The position numbers were made by a program, and so were the translations under genes. From Octopus vulgaris (taxonomy: Eukaryota): DNA of 64,000 bases. Positions 25,784-39,680 of the stretch are shown one piece after another (the first letter of the stretch is position 1; every line of letters begins with the position of its first letter). The stretch covers positions 102,548,001 to 102,612,000 of the forward strand of contig OX597820.1 in the NCBI GenBank assembly GCA_951406725.2, given 5' to 3'. The notes under the pieces were generated by a model, which saw nothing but the letters and a program-made list of their open reading frames with translations, was not told the DNA's origin and ran no database searches.

Positions 25784-26196
25784 AGGCGGCGAGCTGGCAG
25801 AGACGTTAGCACGCCGGGCGAAATGCTTAGCGGTATTTCGTCTGCCGTTACGTTCTGAGTTCAAATTCCGCCGAGGTCGACTTTGCCTTTCATCCTTTCG
25901 GGGTCGATAAATTAAGTAACAGTTACGCACTGGGGTCGATCTAATCGACTTAATCCGTCAGTCTGTCCTTGTTTTTCCTCTCTGTGTTTAGCCCCATGTG
26001 GGTAATAAAATAGGTATTTCGTCTGCCGTTACGTTCTGAGTTCAAATTCCGCTGAGGACGACTTTGCCTTTCATCCTTTCGGGGTCAATAAATTAAGTAC
26101 CAGTTACGCACTGGGATCGATCTAATCGATTTAATCCGCCTGTCTGTCCTTGTTTGTCTCCTATGTGTTTAGCCCCTTGTGGGTAGTAAAGAAATA
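25784..26196 (+). mobile_element. Young SINE B with tandem internal duplication, inserted in an older antisense SINE B
   Basis: TSD ggtatttgaa (25774-25783 / 26197-26206); second unit restarts at ggtatttcgtctgcc (~26013). Confidence 0.9.
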
Positions 26197-27530
26197 GGTA
26201 TTTGAACACAGAAAGTAACGCTGGAAGAAATAATGGCATTTATTCTGACTCCATTCTGACTAGAAGAGTAGAATTACTTACTTGCTTGCTTCAATTCCTC
26301 TAAATAACAGAAACATGATTGGATATATATGAAGTATTATTCCAATTATTATACTTACTATAGTATATCTCAACTTCCAGTTGTAAATAATCGGATAAGT
26401 TTTAGATGGTAATTAAACTGTATGTCTCTGATCATTTGATAGTGAATTACAAAGCTACAAATATTGTATGTATACACGAGGTGATATATCACATTGATGA
26501 AAGTGGAAATCGCGAACTGTATTTCGTTTTTCTCTCTGTGAACTGAATGAATTATGAATCATTGTTTTATGTCGTAGCTAATGTCAACGCTTCTGTAAAG
26601 TAAGCTTTATACAAGCATTGAATAGAAAAAATAAAATACTTACTTGATTCTTTTATGAGCTGTGATGATATATGCACGAACTTCAAAGCAATTCTTATAT
26701 CGGAATTCATTCAAAGGTTCAATTCTGATGTAGAAATCATTTCCAGCTTTAGATGAGAATTATCATATTTCAAAAACTCATCGGAAAGCAATACATTTCT
26801 TTTCCTTCACAACACACACTTGTGTTTCTTCTTTCACAATATTTTCTTTCTGTAATTTATATATTTTTTCCTAGCGCGAATACAGATAATGAGACATAAT
26901 ATCAGTGAATGAATATAGTTCTATGTATACAATCGTTATCATTAGAGTACTGGAACTCTGCTGCTGATGGAGGATCACCAATAAAGAACTGTTTTTCAGC
27001 TAATGATTCAAGGAAAAATTACATTCGATTTTCCATTAACAGAAGTTGATGCTGAAAAATAAAGGATCCATTGTCAACTCTGATGTGCATTTAGCGGAAT
27101 GTTGTTCATTCCTAACGTTATATATTTACCACTAAATGATTTGGGTCATTCGGTGGCTTAGTGTTCCGTTACAGACGCATCCCAGTAGAAATAGATGTAT
27201 ACGAGGCGCTGATCTCTCAGCGGTTGTGAAATAACGATATCCCCTGGCAATATCAGCATAGCACAGCGTGCTATAAAGCAGTACTGTTGAATTTCAGGTA
27301 ATGATCTCGTTTCCTTCAACCTAGTTTCCTTTCTTTATGAGTGTTGGGTCCACTCAAACCTACAAGAGAGGACACATACCAAAATGACTGACAGCGGTCT
27401 CGAGCTCGAGTGCTCGTGATTGCAAGCGGACTTCTTATCCAATCGATCGTTTCTCAACCTCAAATCCACGAGCATGTTTATAAAACACATACGCTCATAT
27501 ACACACATTCAGACACATACACACACACGC

Positions 27531-27553
27531 ACATACATACATACATACATACA

Positions 27554-27585
<32 letters not shown>

Positions 27586-27628
27586 CACATACATACATAC
27601 ATACATACATACATACATACATACATAC
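27531..27628. repeat. (ACAT)n microsatellite
   Basis: Directly visible. Confidence 0.95.
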
Positions 27629-27809
27629 GCACGTACACATACACGCAAATATGCAGAAGTTTTTAAAAGGCAGGTGTAAAAAATAGATATAAAATAGACC
27701 TCTGTATAAAGATATTCGTCTTTCAAAAGTCATAAATCATATAACAGAGACAAAGTAGCATACAACAAAAAGCTCAAATGTGAATTGGTATATATATTCT
27801 ATATTTAAA

Positions 27810-27996
27810 GGCGGCGAGCTGGCAGAAATGCTAGCACGCCGAGCGAAATGCTTAGCGGTATTTCGTCTGCGTTACGTTGTGAGTTCGAATTCCGCCGAGG
27901 TCGACTTTGCCTTTCGTCCTTTCGGGGTCGATAAATTAAGTACCAGTTACGCACTGGGGTCGATGTAATCGACTTAATACCTATGTCTATCCTTGT
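27810..27996 (+). mobile_element. SINE family B
   Basis: Near-identical to 25785-25970. Confidence 0.92.
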
Positions 27997-28419
27997 CAAC
28001 AAAGGTCAAAACAACTCATAACCACTAGAAAGTACTTATACTGATATTCTTTTACTGGTTTCGTTTATTGGATGACTTATTTTAAGTCTTGTGCTTATTT
28101 TATTGATCTTCCTATCGAACCACTTAAATACGAGACAAACAAACACAAAAGCCACACGCAGACAAGCACATATACATATTTATGTGTGTATATAAATGTG
28201 TGTGTACGTGTGTGGGAAGGTGTGTGTGTGCACGTGTTTGAGCGCGCGAGTGTGTGTTCTGTCTTTATTGTCAATGCATTCATTGATGAATTTAGAAATA
28301 TGTGTTAAATCTGACTGTACCAAACTATGTGACCAAAGATATGACAGGACAATGACATGAAGTCACGTTGTTGTGCAAGCTAAAATAATTTAGCTTTGTT
28401 ACCCCTTACCAGGCAGTGT

Positions 28420-28945
28420 GATCGGCAGGCATTTCGTTCCAATTTTAATGGTTGAGCTATAGAAGATGTTTGCAGATAGTCTTTGTATCACATTTACCGT
28501 CTTTATTCACTTCATTTACTAAAACTTCAAAAGCTCACAAAGGAATAATTTATTGAGACGTGTGCATACGTCATTAATTTGTATCAAATTGAAAACGCAG
28601 AAGCTGAGGCAGTTACTTGGCTTAAAATCTGGTTAGAAAGAGAGAAACTCGAAAACCAGAGGATGGATGTGAACACAGACTTCAGGAATTACTTGAACAC
28701 ACTGATCAACTCCCATCTGTTCGACTAGCTGCTGTTATTATTTCAACACCTATTGCTTTTATAACCGAAGAGCAATATGCGAAGAGTAAAAAACCTGTTT
28801 AACGTCAACAATGTCAGATAAGCAGTTATCAGCATTGTACACGAGTGATAAACAAGTAGATTACAGGTATGAACTTATTCAAAAAATCATTTATAGAGAT
28901 TTCATCAAATCACTTGCAATTCTACAACGAACCTTCTAAAGTGTA
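28420..28945 (+). pseudogene. hAT transposase C-terminal dimerisation-domain remnant
   Basis: Hand translation EAEAVTWLKIW..LLEHTDQLPSVRLAAVIISTP..RRVKN/LTSTMSDKQLSAL resembles the hATC motif RRVKTWLRSTMS.ERLS.L. Confidence 0.65.
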
Positions 28946-29244
28946 AAACAAGGAAACTGATATAATAAAGCATGCATTTATTCTTTTGCATCACTTATGT
29001 CATTTAAAAAATTTTTGTTCACGAATGTTTCCTACAAGTTTCTCGTTATTCCTAATTCTGGTAAACTGGTGGCGTATTCTGTTCACATTCACAATTGTTA
29101 CTCTTGCTCCTACTTCCTGGGAAAAGTCTAAGGGACCGCCTCTGTATATAGCACACGCAGCCCCCCCCCATATATATATATATGTAATTCATAAAGCTAT
29201 ATATACAAATGTACACATACACATATATCATTTATATGTTACAC

Positions 29245-31120
29245 ATATGTTTGTGTAAGCTTATGCGTGTGTCTTATGCTTGCTATCTTTTGTGTGTGTG
29301 AAGAAATAACCACTAGGTTAAGCTGTTGAATTATTTCATACACACGAATAAGATGCAAATATATTATGTTCAGATCACCAATCGTAATTTACGAGAAGGC
29401 AGACCGAATTTCCACGTACTTTTCTGACAAGAAGTAAACATCCTCAAAGCAGCTTATTTGCTGAATCATTAAAACAACTAATTACATAATTAAATTTCAT
29501 TCTGAAGTCAGATTCAAAAACACCGGTACGCAGGTCATCCAACAGATGTTTTGCAACATACATAATTATTTCTTTGATTTATATTTAATTTTTCACCCAG
29601 TCTATCTTTTACACAAGCTGTTTTCTGTATTAATTTGTTTTCGCTGTACTTTTTAAAACTTTCTAATTGGCTAGCTGGTTGATAGAAGGTTAAACATACT
29701 GCGTCGACTGGGCAGTCTGCCAATGTTGCCACTCAAAAACACCAATGCAATCAACTCATTTTGATTACATAATACATGCGAACGTGGAAAGTGCAAGGGA
29801 ATATCAGCTGAGACGTCGGACGTTTGCATCTTATCCCCTACTTTGCTAGTCAACCGGCTGAAAATGCGCTGATAGAACCTACGAAAATGAGCTAGTTCAT
29901 TTAGCTGAAGGTAGGTAACTCGCTGCTCAAAACAGAATACGACACAGTTGGACTTATTTCTCTTCACTCATTAATGTCTGTTAAAACAGCTCAAACAATA
30001 CATTTTGTAATTCTTTTCTCAATAATAAAATGCCTTTGTACATAATAGATCAGTAACCAACTTTTAAATAAATGAAATAACCATTCATGTAATATTTTTG
30101 ACGTCTTGTTACACATTATACATTTATGATTATAAGACAAGGATAAAAATTCAATATTACGATATTGTATAGAAAGAGAAAGAATAGTGGATAGAACCAG
30201 CAGAATGATTGGCAAAATGCCTTGATATATATATATATACATATACACACACACACAAAGGTTTACATTCTCAATGAATGTATCTGCCCATCTCTATTGA
30301 CCTTTCATCTTTCTGGATCTCAGTATGAGACAAATATCAAGTATTTCGCATTACAATAATTTCTTGTTTATTTTGGAAATCACCATTATATAAAGGGCAA
30401 TGGTAGAGGAAGCAGTAGAGCCCTCTACAGGAAATATTCATGTATTTTACTTACAACCCGTTTTTTTGTTCAGTACTCGGCCCACGATATATGACTGGAT
30501 ACTTCCATGATTGTATACGGTCATGGGTAGCAAATACATTTTTTTTCTATGTTGCTGTTACCTCTTTAAAACAATTATCTCTGCCACTACTTCTCATTTA
30601 TTTTCTATTTGAAATACACCAGGAGGACTGGGTTCATAACTTATCCCTGGTACGGAATTTTGGCAAACGCTATGGCGCTTCTCTATCAAAAAGTTTATCA
30701 GTACTGAGGAGTGGGTCAGTTTCTTTCCGAGAATAACAGCATTAATATGGATAAGTGTATTGTTAATTTTTCTCATAGGAAATGTTACTAGCTAAATGTG
30801 CCTAGCTTCGAATTTCTTACTCAATCACAGCAGTTATAACGGTAACTTTGTCAATGGAACTGGATAAAATTTATTTGAGTTTATACAACATTTCTATATA
30901 GATAACAAAGGCAACTTTCATGTCAGAAACTTTCTTGTCACAAAACTACGTGGAAATTCGGTTTGCCTTTTCATAAATTACGATTGGTGATCAGAACATA
31001 ATATATTCGTATCTTATTCGTGTGCATGAAATTCGTCAAAAGCCTAACCTAGTGGTTATTTATTCACACGCACAAACGATAACAAGCATAAGACGTATGC
31101 AAACGCTTACACAAACATAT
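29245..31120. repeat. Long inverted repeat: ~190-bp arms (29245-29433, 30932-31120) with 1.5-kb spacer
   Basis: aataaccactaggtta..atatattatgttcagatcaccaatcgtaattta..accgaatttccacgta is the reverse complement of tacgtggaaattcggt..taaattacgattggtgatcagaacataatatat..taacctagtggttatt. Confidence 0.92.
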
Positions 31121-32656
31121 AGACAACAAAAATAACTTTCAACTCTCACTGTTACGTTACCAAAGACTGGGTGTCCAAATGGTACTGTACTACATGAATG
31201 CTAATCTCTCTTTACCCTATAAATTGCAACAAGGCTTTCTAGAGTATTAACTAATGTTTGGTCGCCGAACAGAATGTGGTGAAGGTAATGTAAGTGTCAC
31301 TTGTCGATTATTTCTATCAACGAGATGAATCTGACCTCGGAATTGAATTCATTAAACTGAAACTTATAAGTGTCATACATACAGTTGTAGGAGGCATTCT
31401 AAACATATTACTTTCTTACGTAAGAAATGAATTAAGAATTCATATTCAAATGCTGTATGATAAGCGATGTAACTAAATAATTTGAGATACACGAGACAAT
31501 TTTGTACTCATTTCATTGCACAGCATATACAAATAAAACAATATTTCTTTCTTAAATAGGTTCATCATTCTTGTTAGCAGATTTCAGTCACACCCTCCAT
31601 TTTGTTAAACACACTACTACTAACAAGTTTACTCTTCCTTGAAAATGGCATAATTCCATTCAAGTTATCTCTGCTTTCCTTTTACATTATATGGCACTGT
31701 GAAAAAGAATACAGTGTAGTATATCTTTTATTGTTATATTTCCTTTATACTACCTAATACTTTGAGAAAATAAAAGTAATGGAAGAAGCAATAGATATAT
31801 TACAAATCTTCGGGAAATTTTTTAAATAATTGTAAAGCTTTATTCAATATCTCGTGAAACTTACTTCTTTGACACTAAATCTTAAAATTGTATTGTTGAA
31901 ACTATTCTGGAAACTAAATACAGTTGCTATCTATTCAAAACTGAATTCATGTGAGTTGCTACTTGAAGATTCTTGTTGTCGATCCACAGGCAATTTAGAG
32001 TCGAAAATAAGTAACTTAGAGCAACAAACCATAAAGACTCAGCCATTATTTCCTTTAATTGCATCTTATACTAGTGTGATACTTTAATATAAAGACGTTT
32101 TAAAATGTTTTAACCCTTGAAATAATAATCTAATGTTTTTAGAAAATATTAAGATTAGAAAACTGAAGACTATGAGATAGCAACTGAATACAATTATTTT
32201 CTTTTTTAAAATATCGAATTTCTATTTGGCCGAATTTGAATCCACTTGACCATTATATTAACTAGTACTTATTTTCTTTCCGCACGTTGATGCTATTTAA
32301 ATGCTACTTCTGGCGATTGTTCACAAACGTTTGTCATAGTTCAATGACACTCCTTATACAAATGGTCTCCAGAAAAAATATAAATGTCACTGTAGCGCAA
32401 TTTTCTTGAGAGGAAATGCTAATTGATATAGACTTTTTCTGAACGATAGTTCTAATTATAGCAAAAACGACATTACAACTTCTGTAATGAGAAAGATATT
32501 GTACAAAGGTCACAAATACAGCAAAATCTCTTCATGGCTACTAAATATGAACATTCCAATAATAAATTTTACTTGTAGTTAGTTACGTATTTAATATTCC
32601 AACAGATTATATCTTGCCAAATGTCAATCACCAGTAACAATATCTTATTTTGTCTA

Positions 32657-32774
32657 GATTATGATCACATCACGCCGAGAACGCCATCTTCCTTCTGATC
32701 ACCGAAATTTAGCAATGTCCAGCTTGGTTAGTATTTAGTTGGGTGCCAACTTGGAAAACACAGGTAATATAAGT
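32657..32774 (+). pseudogene. Degenerate 5S rRNA sequence (SINE3 head)
   Basis: ~118 nt collinear with metazoan 5S: ..gatcaccgaaatttagcaatgtc..ggttagtatttagttgggtg..tggaaaacacaggt..; many substitutions, so not a functional 5S gene. Confidence 0.85.
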
Positions 32775-32992
32775 ATCAATAAATCACCAAGGGAACATTT
32801 AAAATGGTCGGTTTTCTTAGTAGAAATGGAAGAAATATCTCCCAAAAATCACTCACTGGTGTCTGAACAAAAAGAAAAAAGATACATTAAATAATGTAGT
32901 CCTGATTATATAAAAGACTGAATAGTCATTTCTGGGACTCTTTTGATCATAGACCTGCTCCAATGTTACTGATATGGAGTTAAACAACAACA
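32657..32992 (+). mobile_element. 5S-derived SINE (SINE3)
   Basis: 5S head followed by a ~200-bp body and tail tttgatcatagacctgctc..ctgatatggagttaaacaacaaca ending in (AAC)n. Confidence 0.6.
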
Positions 32993-33659
32993 TTGGCAGT
33001 TTCTGTTGACGTCAATCATTTTATAGAAGTAGGTTTTCATTAACGTTGTTATCAAGGGAATTATAAACCGTAACTAGCGTAAAAGTATTTCAAATGAATG
33101 TTGAAACTGCGTTGTAGACTTCGGTGTAAACTTCTAAGACAAGTTGCAATAATGTCTTAGATTAATACATTGACACGCATCATTAATCCGTTGGATCAAC
33201 GCAAATACACTTCTCGTATTATTTTATCAACTGTGTAGTTATGGAAGACCAAGAGTGCTCTGGCACAATTTGAATGTAGAACTTGTAGGTACTAAGTACT
33301 GATGTTATTCAGTTTAACGTTCTATCCCATTTACCAGTCTATGACCGTCTACAAGATACATACACATACATAAACACATACACATACGCACGTATATGAA
33401 TATATGGTAAATAAATTGTCACTGGTCATTTCATGCGATATCAGGTCGAGAAGGTTACAAAGTTATAAACTCGCGCTAAAACACATTAATAAACATAACT
33501 TAATGAATGAAAACTTTATCTTCCTGTTGATATTTAGATGTGGGGTATAACAAAATTTGGAATGGAATATCGAAAAGAGAACAAATCATTCAATGCTTTA
33601 AGATAAAAACTGTACTTCCATATGTTTTGTTATTGCTGTGATGAGAGTTACAAAACAGA

Positions 33660-33990
33660 AAGTAAATGGAGACATGACTTCAGACAGGGATGTGGCTTCG
33701 GTCGGAAGTGAACCTGCGTTTGTTGGACAGTTGTTGAACCGGAGACGCGGTTAGTTGTAGAGCCAGATACAGAGTAGCATTCTGAGGAGGAGGGAATGGA
33801 GATCGATTTCCAAACGGTCTCATGGAAAAGAGCGAAAAGACAAAACGTGTCCTCTCCTCCTCACTGCCAACCAAAAAAAAAAAGGAAAAGAAAAATAAAG
33901 AAAATTTGAAGCCGACCCCTCCCAGTGAAGTTCTAACTGGTGACGGTATTTGTGAAATAACCAAAAACACGTACTTGGATGGAATTAAAA
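33660..33990 (+). mobile_element. Possible LINE ORF1 fragment
   Basis: GC-richer island translating EEEGMEIDFQTVSWKRAKR (acidic then basic, ORF1-like), with stops. Confidence 0.3.
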
Positions 33991-34089
33991 AAAAAAAAAT
34001 TCCTTAACGATAAAGAAAATGTGTATACATATGGAAAAATTGCATTGAACTTATATAAAGACCTAAAAATAAGACATACAAACGATATC

Positions 34090-34830
34090 TACTGCCAAAG
34101 TTTCGTCGCCAGTCCGTTGGTCGTCGGTCAATTAGACACCGTGTCGATTCCACACCAGATCATTTCATTGCCAGCCATTTTGAAACCTGGATAATTAGTT
34201 AACTATCACATTGTGCTAGGTCACTTAGTTGCTAGATCAGTTTGTCGTTAGCTCATTTCATCGCCAGTTCGACAGTCCGTTAGTAGTCGGTTAGTTCTAT
34301 GCAGGGAAAATTCGTTGTCAGTTTGTCCATCGAAAGGGTAAAGTTGTCATCAGCATTCAAATTAGAGTGTCATTTGGTTGTGTTTATTTCTGTTATTATG
34401 GTTTTAGGTGTTTATGTTTGTTTTGATTTCAGTTGAGATTGCATGCCTAAAAAATGGAATTGTTCTTGATTTAGATCAAGGCGAGTAGATGCCAAATCAT
34501 TGATGTAAATGATCTGTGAAGTGTTTTTTTATTGTTTTATTTAATACATAACGTAAATAAATTAAAATTATGTTACAGAGATGTGGGAGAAGTAACAAGG
34601 AAAATACTTCAATGGGCAAGAATAATTTAATTCCGTTACAAAGAATACGTGGATCACAACGGACTCAAACCCTTATCAAGTGGCAAGATCTTTAAAGAAA
34701 CCAACCAAAAGACGAAATACAGATATTGCACTAACGTATCAGAAACAGTATAGATAATTACGTTTCTCAACGAAAAAGTAAAACAAAAAACAGTTTCTTG
34801 AAAACATTTGCTCATACCTACAATTTTAAT
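34090..34830 (+). mobile_element. MULE/Mutator relic
   Basis: Degenerate ~15-bp subterminal repeats (tttcgtcgccag, tttcattgccag, tttcatcgccag, ttcgttgtcag) and C-terminal RIRNSIDNY..FLKTFAHTY resembling animal MULE transposase ends. Confidence 0.45.
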
Positions 34831-35479
34831 ATTACAATATTATTTGTTATAAATATCAGTTTTTAGTTGTTATTTTTTTGTGTTCTTCGTATATTTCAAA
34901 ATTAATAAATAATAATTTAAAACTTCTTTTATTTATTGTTTACATGAATGATAATAATATGTAAATATTATTTATATAATCGTCTATAATCTGTATACGT
35001 CTTTTAACTACATTTATGGTATGTTCAGTAAATAAAAGAAACATATTTCATATTCAATATTTAATACTTAATACTTCCACTGTTTTGTTTTCTTCTCGAT
35101 ACTCCATTGTAATTATCGTTATTTCTTGCATTTATATATCAAAAGAAGGAGAACATTTGGAATCCTATACACTACGTCAATATATAGTGATGATGTAGTG
35201 ACTAACAACAAATTATGAGAAAACCTAGATCGATGAAGTTTAAGGTTTAATGATAAATTCTGATTAACGTAACATATATATATATATACTTTTACATGTG
35301 TTTATATAAATGTATGTATATATATATATTTATATATATGAACATATAACTATATACAACACACACATGTATACACATATATACATATATATTTAAACAA
35401 ATCCGAAGGCTGTAAATTACGGAGAAGAGCGACACAAATACGTCTTTTTAAATAATAACTATAATTATATGTTGTTTAC

Positions 35480-37520
35480 AATAATATATGCTCCACTTAA
35501 ATCGACTAAACGTAAAAAAGTGGTGGAAAAAAGACGGGCCGAACAACTGAGGTTTGAACCAATGCTTACATGGCTCCGTACGCGCCAATTTCCCCCACAT
35601 CGTCCACTCATCCCCCACATCGTCAGAAACTCAAAATGCATATAGTAAGAAAGATTCAAGCGCACTCAAGGTTTTAGGCCTAATTCATCTAGTGTATCAC
35701 CTGAATTATCTAGGCATGATGGTAATTTGTATAAGAATTCTGATAGCATTATCAAGCGATGGCAGGAATATTTCACTGATTTGTTTTACAACTGAAGAGA
35801 AATTGGTTTAGAGATAACCAATAGTCTCGACCAAATAGGCATAATTGCTTGGATGATGAATTTACCTAAATTGGCTGAGATTGAATCAGCAATTATGGAA
35901 ATAACGGGAAGACTCTTGGTCTTGATGGAATTCTTGTTGAGCTTTAGAGATATGGAGGAGACATATTAAGAATCTGTGAGGGAGGCGATATACCCGAAGA
36001 TTAGATGCAATCATAATATCCTTGTACAAGCGCAAAAGTCCCAAAGCAATATGCAATAAACATCACGGTACCAGTGTCCATGAGGCGGTTGGCAAAGTTC
36101 TTGCGAAGATATCGCTTAATATTGTCGACCTGGATCTGCCCCTCGGTTGACTCAGAAAGTGAATGTCGGTTCAAATCAGGTCTCGGCACAATGGACATGG
36201 TATTGCCTGCGTGTCAATTGCATGAGAAGTGCTTTGAACACAGGATTTCACTGTATCAGGTCTTTGTAGATCCTTCTAAGATCTTTGATTTTGTGAATTG
36301 AAATGCTTTGCGGGTAATTCTCGAAAAATTTAGACTTGTTTAAGAAATTTTACAAGGACATGAAAGGGAAAGGTAATCCTAATGGTAAATATCATGAGCC
36401 AATCAAAACTGACAATGGTGTTAAACGGTGACATACCAAAACCAACACTAGTCTCCATGTATTTTGCTGACTGTCTGAGCTATGCTTTTGTTTTTTTCAG
36501 ACACCAAACCTTTTGGACTTCCGTCCTTTTCACGCTAAATCCAAAACTTTTCAGGACATTATCCGAAATTAGTCCCGTGCAGATGATGCTGATCTCCTTG
36601 AACACATTGAAGATGACATGCAGGACATAATGAATCCCTTTTTTCAGGGCTTGTGCTTTTGGACTGACTATCAACCTCACAAAATGATGTTTACTCCTCC
36701 TCCAGGAGAAGCTCATGTTTAGACAAGCGGAACGGTTGATTTTATAGGACTGAGCGTTGTAGATAGGGTTTTATATTTTGGAAGGATTATCAGCTAAGAC
36801 GGATCTCTCGATACGGAAATCAATCACAGAAATAAAACTGTTTCTTCAACATTCGGAAAACTAAACAGAAGACCGTGGGGGTGATCAGACGTTCATTTGG
36901 TAACTAGAGTAATTCGTACAGATCATGTGTACTAACTGTATTATTGCATGGAACTGAGGTGCACGCAACATTCAGGCGGAACCTAAAATGACTTGAAAGG
37001 TTTCATCAAAATTATCGTTGACATATTTCAATAGTTAAATAGTTATCTTTGATAACATATACGGAAGTACTGAGGGGAGACAGTTGTGAATGTATTGAGT
37101 CAAATGCGTTAGTCTGGTCATGTCAAGATGGATGATATCAGATTTCATAAAATATTGTTTTATGGGGAGCTTTCAAATAAAAGTAGGCTACATCACAAAC
37201 CAAAGAAGCTATTCAAAGGTGTGGCTAATGATAATGTGAAGATTCTGTTTATGGATATTAGAAGATGGGAATCCTTAGCAAAGAACAGAATAGGCTCGAA
37301 TAGAATAATTAAAATTGGTTGCAAGAAGTCTAAGGCAAATAGATCCTTGTGAAAGTGAAAAACGGAGAGTTTCCAGAAGATTTCAATCCAAAATTTAAAT
37401 GTTGTGTGCCACAGATTACTGTTTTCTGGAGCTGGTCTCGTTTTTCACCAAAGCTCGCATGTAACAAGGGAATCACAAGTTGACTATGATGATCTTTTGC
37501 AACGGAAGGCAAATAAATAT
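35480..37520 (+). mobile_element. RTE-clade LINE, 5'-truncated and decayed
   Basis: NGKTLGLDGILVEL, FKSGLGTMDMV..QLHEKCFEH..LYQVFVDPSKIFDFVN, ADD, FGLTIN, DTEINHRI..FGKL, MDDIRFHKILFYGEL; many stops. Confidence 0.9.
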
Positions 37521-39261
37521 GCTTTTCAAGTCTGTGGTAAAATATATCTTTCTCAAAGTGGTTAAGCCAGACACTATAATTTTTTTCGTCGAAATTATCA
37601 GAGCCGTAATATACGTTTTCAGTGTCATATTTAGGGGAAATCATGCAACTCTGGGCCCAGGTTTAAGACCCGCTTACGTACCCGCGGCCGGCTACTTATC
37701 TTGTCTTTTTATGGATGGATATGTTCTGAAAAGTGGTAGCGATCCTCCTCCTCCTCCTCTTCCATGTGTGTGTTTAATATAATACACACGTGCACACATA
37801 TACAGAGAAAAAGAAGGAAACTAAAAATGACTAATTTTGACCCGTTTACAACGGGTGTCACGTGGTCGCAGTCACTTTTTAAAGATAGAACCAAACTGAA
37901 TGTCTCTAAGCTCAAAGGGAAGGCGAGAGAAACAAGAAAGAAAGAAAATATAACACTGAATCTTTAAGAAATGTTTATTAACAGACTCCGAAAGAGTTGC
38001 AGGAGAATATTGCCAGTGATGAGGTCGCAGTTGGGCGAATACTATTACATCCAATGCACTATTGAATAATTTGGAAAGTATTTAAATATTGCACGTTATC
38101 AAACAATAACTCTTCTACGATATATTTGCTTTAGTTTCAACTCATTCTCAGATCATGTCATTTACAAGGCATGTACAATACCGATATATGCACACATACA
38201 CACGCCCGTACACACACACACAGACATAAACACACGCGCACACACGCACACGCATCCCACCCCCACACGTACGCACACACGTTGTTGCCATGTTGCATGG
38301 CCTAGAATTTATCAGATGAAAATCTAAATGCCGTCAATTCTGTTTATGTTAAAATGTTATTGGAAAGGCTCGGGGATGTTTTTTCCCCGTTTTCTTAAAT
38401 GTAGGGATATGTTGATAAAAGCGAACTTTAAATTCTCAATCAAACAAATATAATTAAAAAGAATACTCATTATCAAGCTGAACACAATATATGGGAGCTT
38501 TCGACGTGCAATTACCGTTAATGGATTAATTGTTCAGATTAATTCAGTTACAAGTAGGAGAAGCACTATGTCGTTGTTGAAGAAAGATTTTCTAAAATTG
38601 AAATAGTTAATGCACATTGGAAGATTTTTACAAGAATAGTTTATCTCATTCGAATTTCCACGAAAGTCTTATGCTATCAACGAACCATTAGAAAATAAAT
38701 AAAAATAAGAACTTTTCTTTACAGAATTCTCTAACGATATTTATACAGAATTCCAGGCTGTGTCTAGCGTATAATATTTTCTTATCTATTGTTATGCTTC
38801 AGGACTTTAGAGCAGGATGTGGTATTTTATTTTATTAGTAAAGTTATTACGGAGAAACTCATTACAATAATGCAAATCACTATTAAACGTAGCCTTCCCT
38901 GAAGTAATGATAATATTTGTTTGTTTATGCTAAAAAGGAGAATTTTGGTAAGAGAAATAATATAGTATAAATTTGCGTTTATATCCAGGCTATTAACAAC
39001 GTTGATATTAATGTCCGCTGTATAACTAAGAATTCTTATCTAAATTTAGCTGGTCTCTCTTCATATGGTGCGCAACTACAATACCAACCTCTGTGTATAC
39101 AGCTCCACACAAGGTAACAAAGCATTTACCAAATAGATATAAAATTTAGGTTCCAATAACTTAGCATAATTCAGCCCGTACAGGAAACCCCTTTGAAACA
39201 TGTTAACACTTAGGAATTAGTTTTATATCATTATTATATAAGTTCTTATAGTAAATTCAAA

Positions 39262-39680
39262 TTTTGGCACAAGGGTAGCAGGTTTGGAGATAGGTTAAGT
39301 CGATTACAGCGGCCTCGGTGTTCAACTGGTACTTACTTTATCGACCCCGAAAGGATAGAAGGCAAAGTTGACCTCGGCAGAACTTCAAACTCAGAATATA
39401 AAGATGGACGAAATGCATCGATAACGATTCTACCAGTTTGCCGCTTTATATAAGTAATATTAAATCAGGTACTAAGGCGATGAGCTGGCAGAATCGTTAG
39501 CACGCCGGGCTAAATGCTCAGCGGTATATCCTCCGTCATACTGTTCTGACTTCAAATTCCGCCGAGATCAACTTTACCTTTCATATTTGCATTTATATAC
39601 AGGCTATTAACAACGTGGATGTAATCGATGTACCCCTCCCTCACAAATACTGGCTGTGTGCCAAAATTTGAAACTAATAT
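39262..39680. mobile_element. Head-to-head SINE B pair (- 39262-39447, + 39475-39680)
   Basis: Family B sequence in opposite orientations about 30 bp apart. Confidence 0.85.

Noticed and set aside
37650-37875. Small GC-rich patch with E-box and acccgtt/aacgggt palindrome as a promoter
   Set aside because: Short motifs expected by chance, with no linked gene
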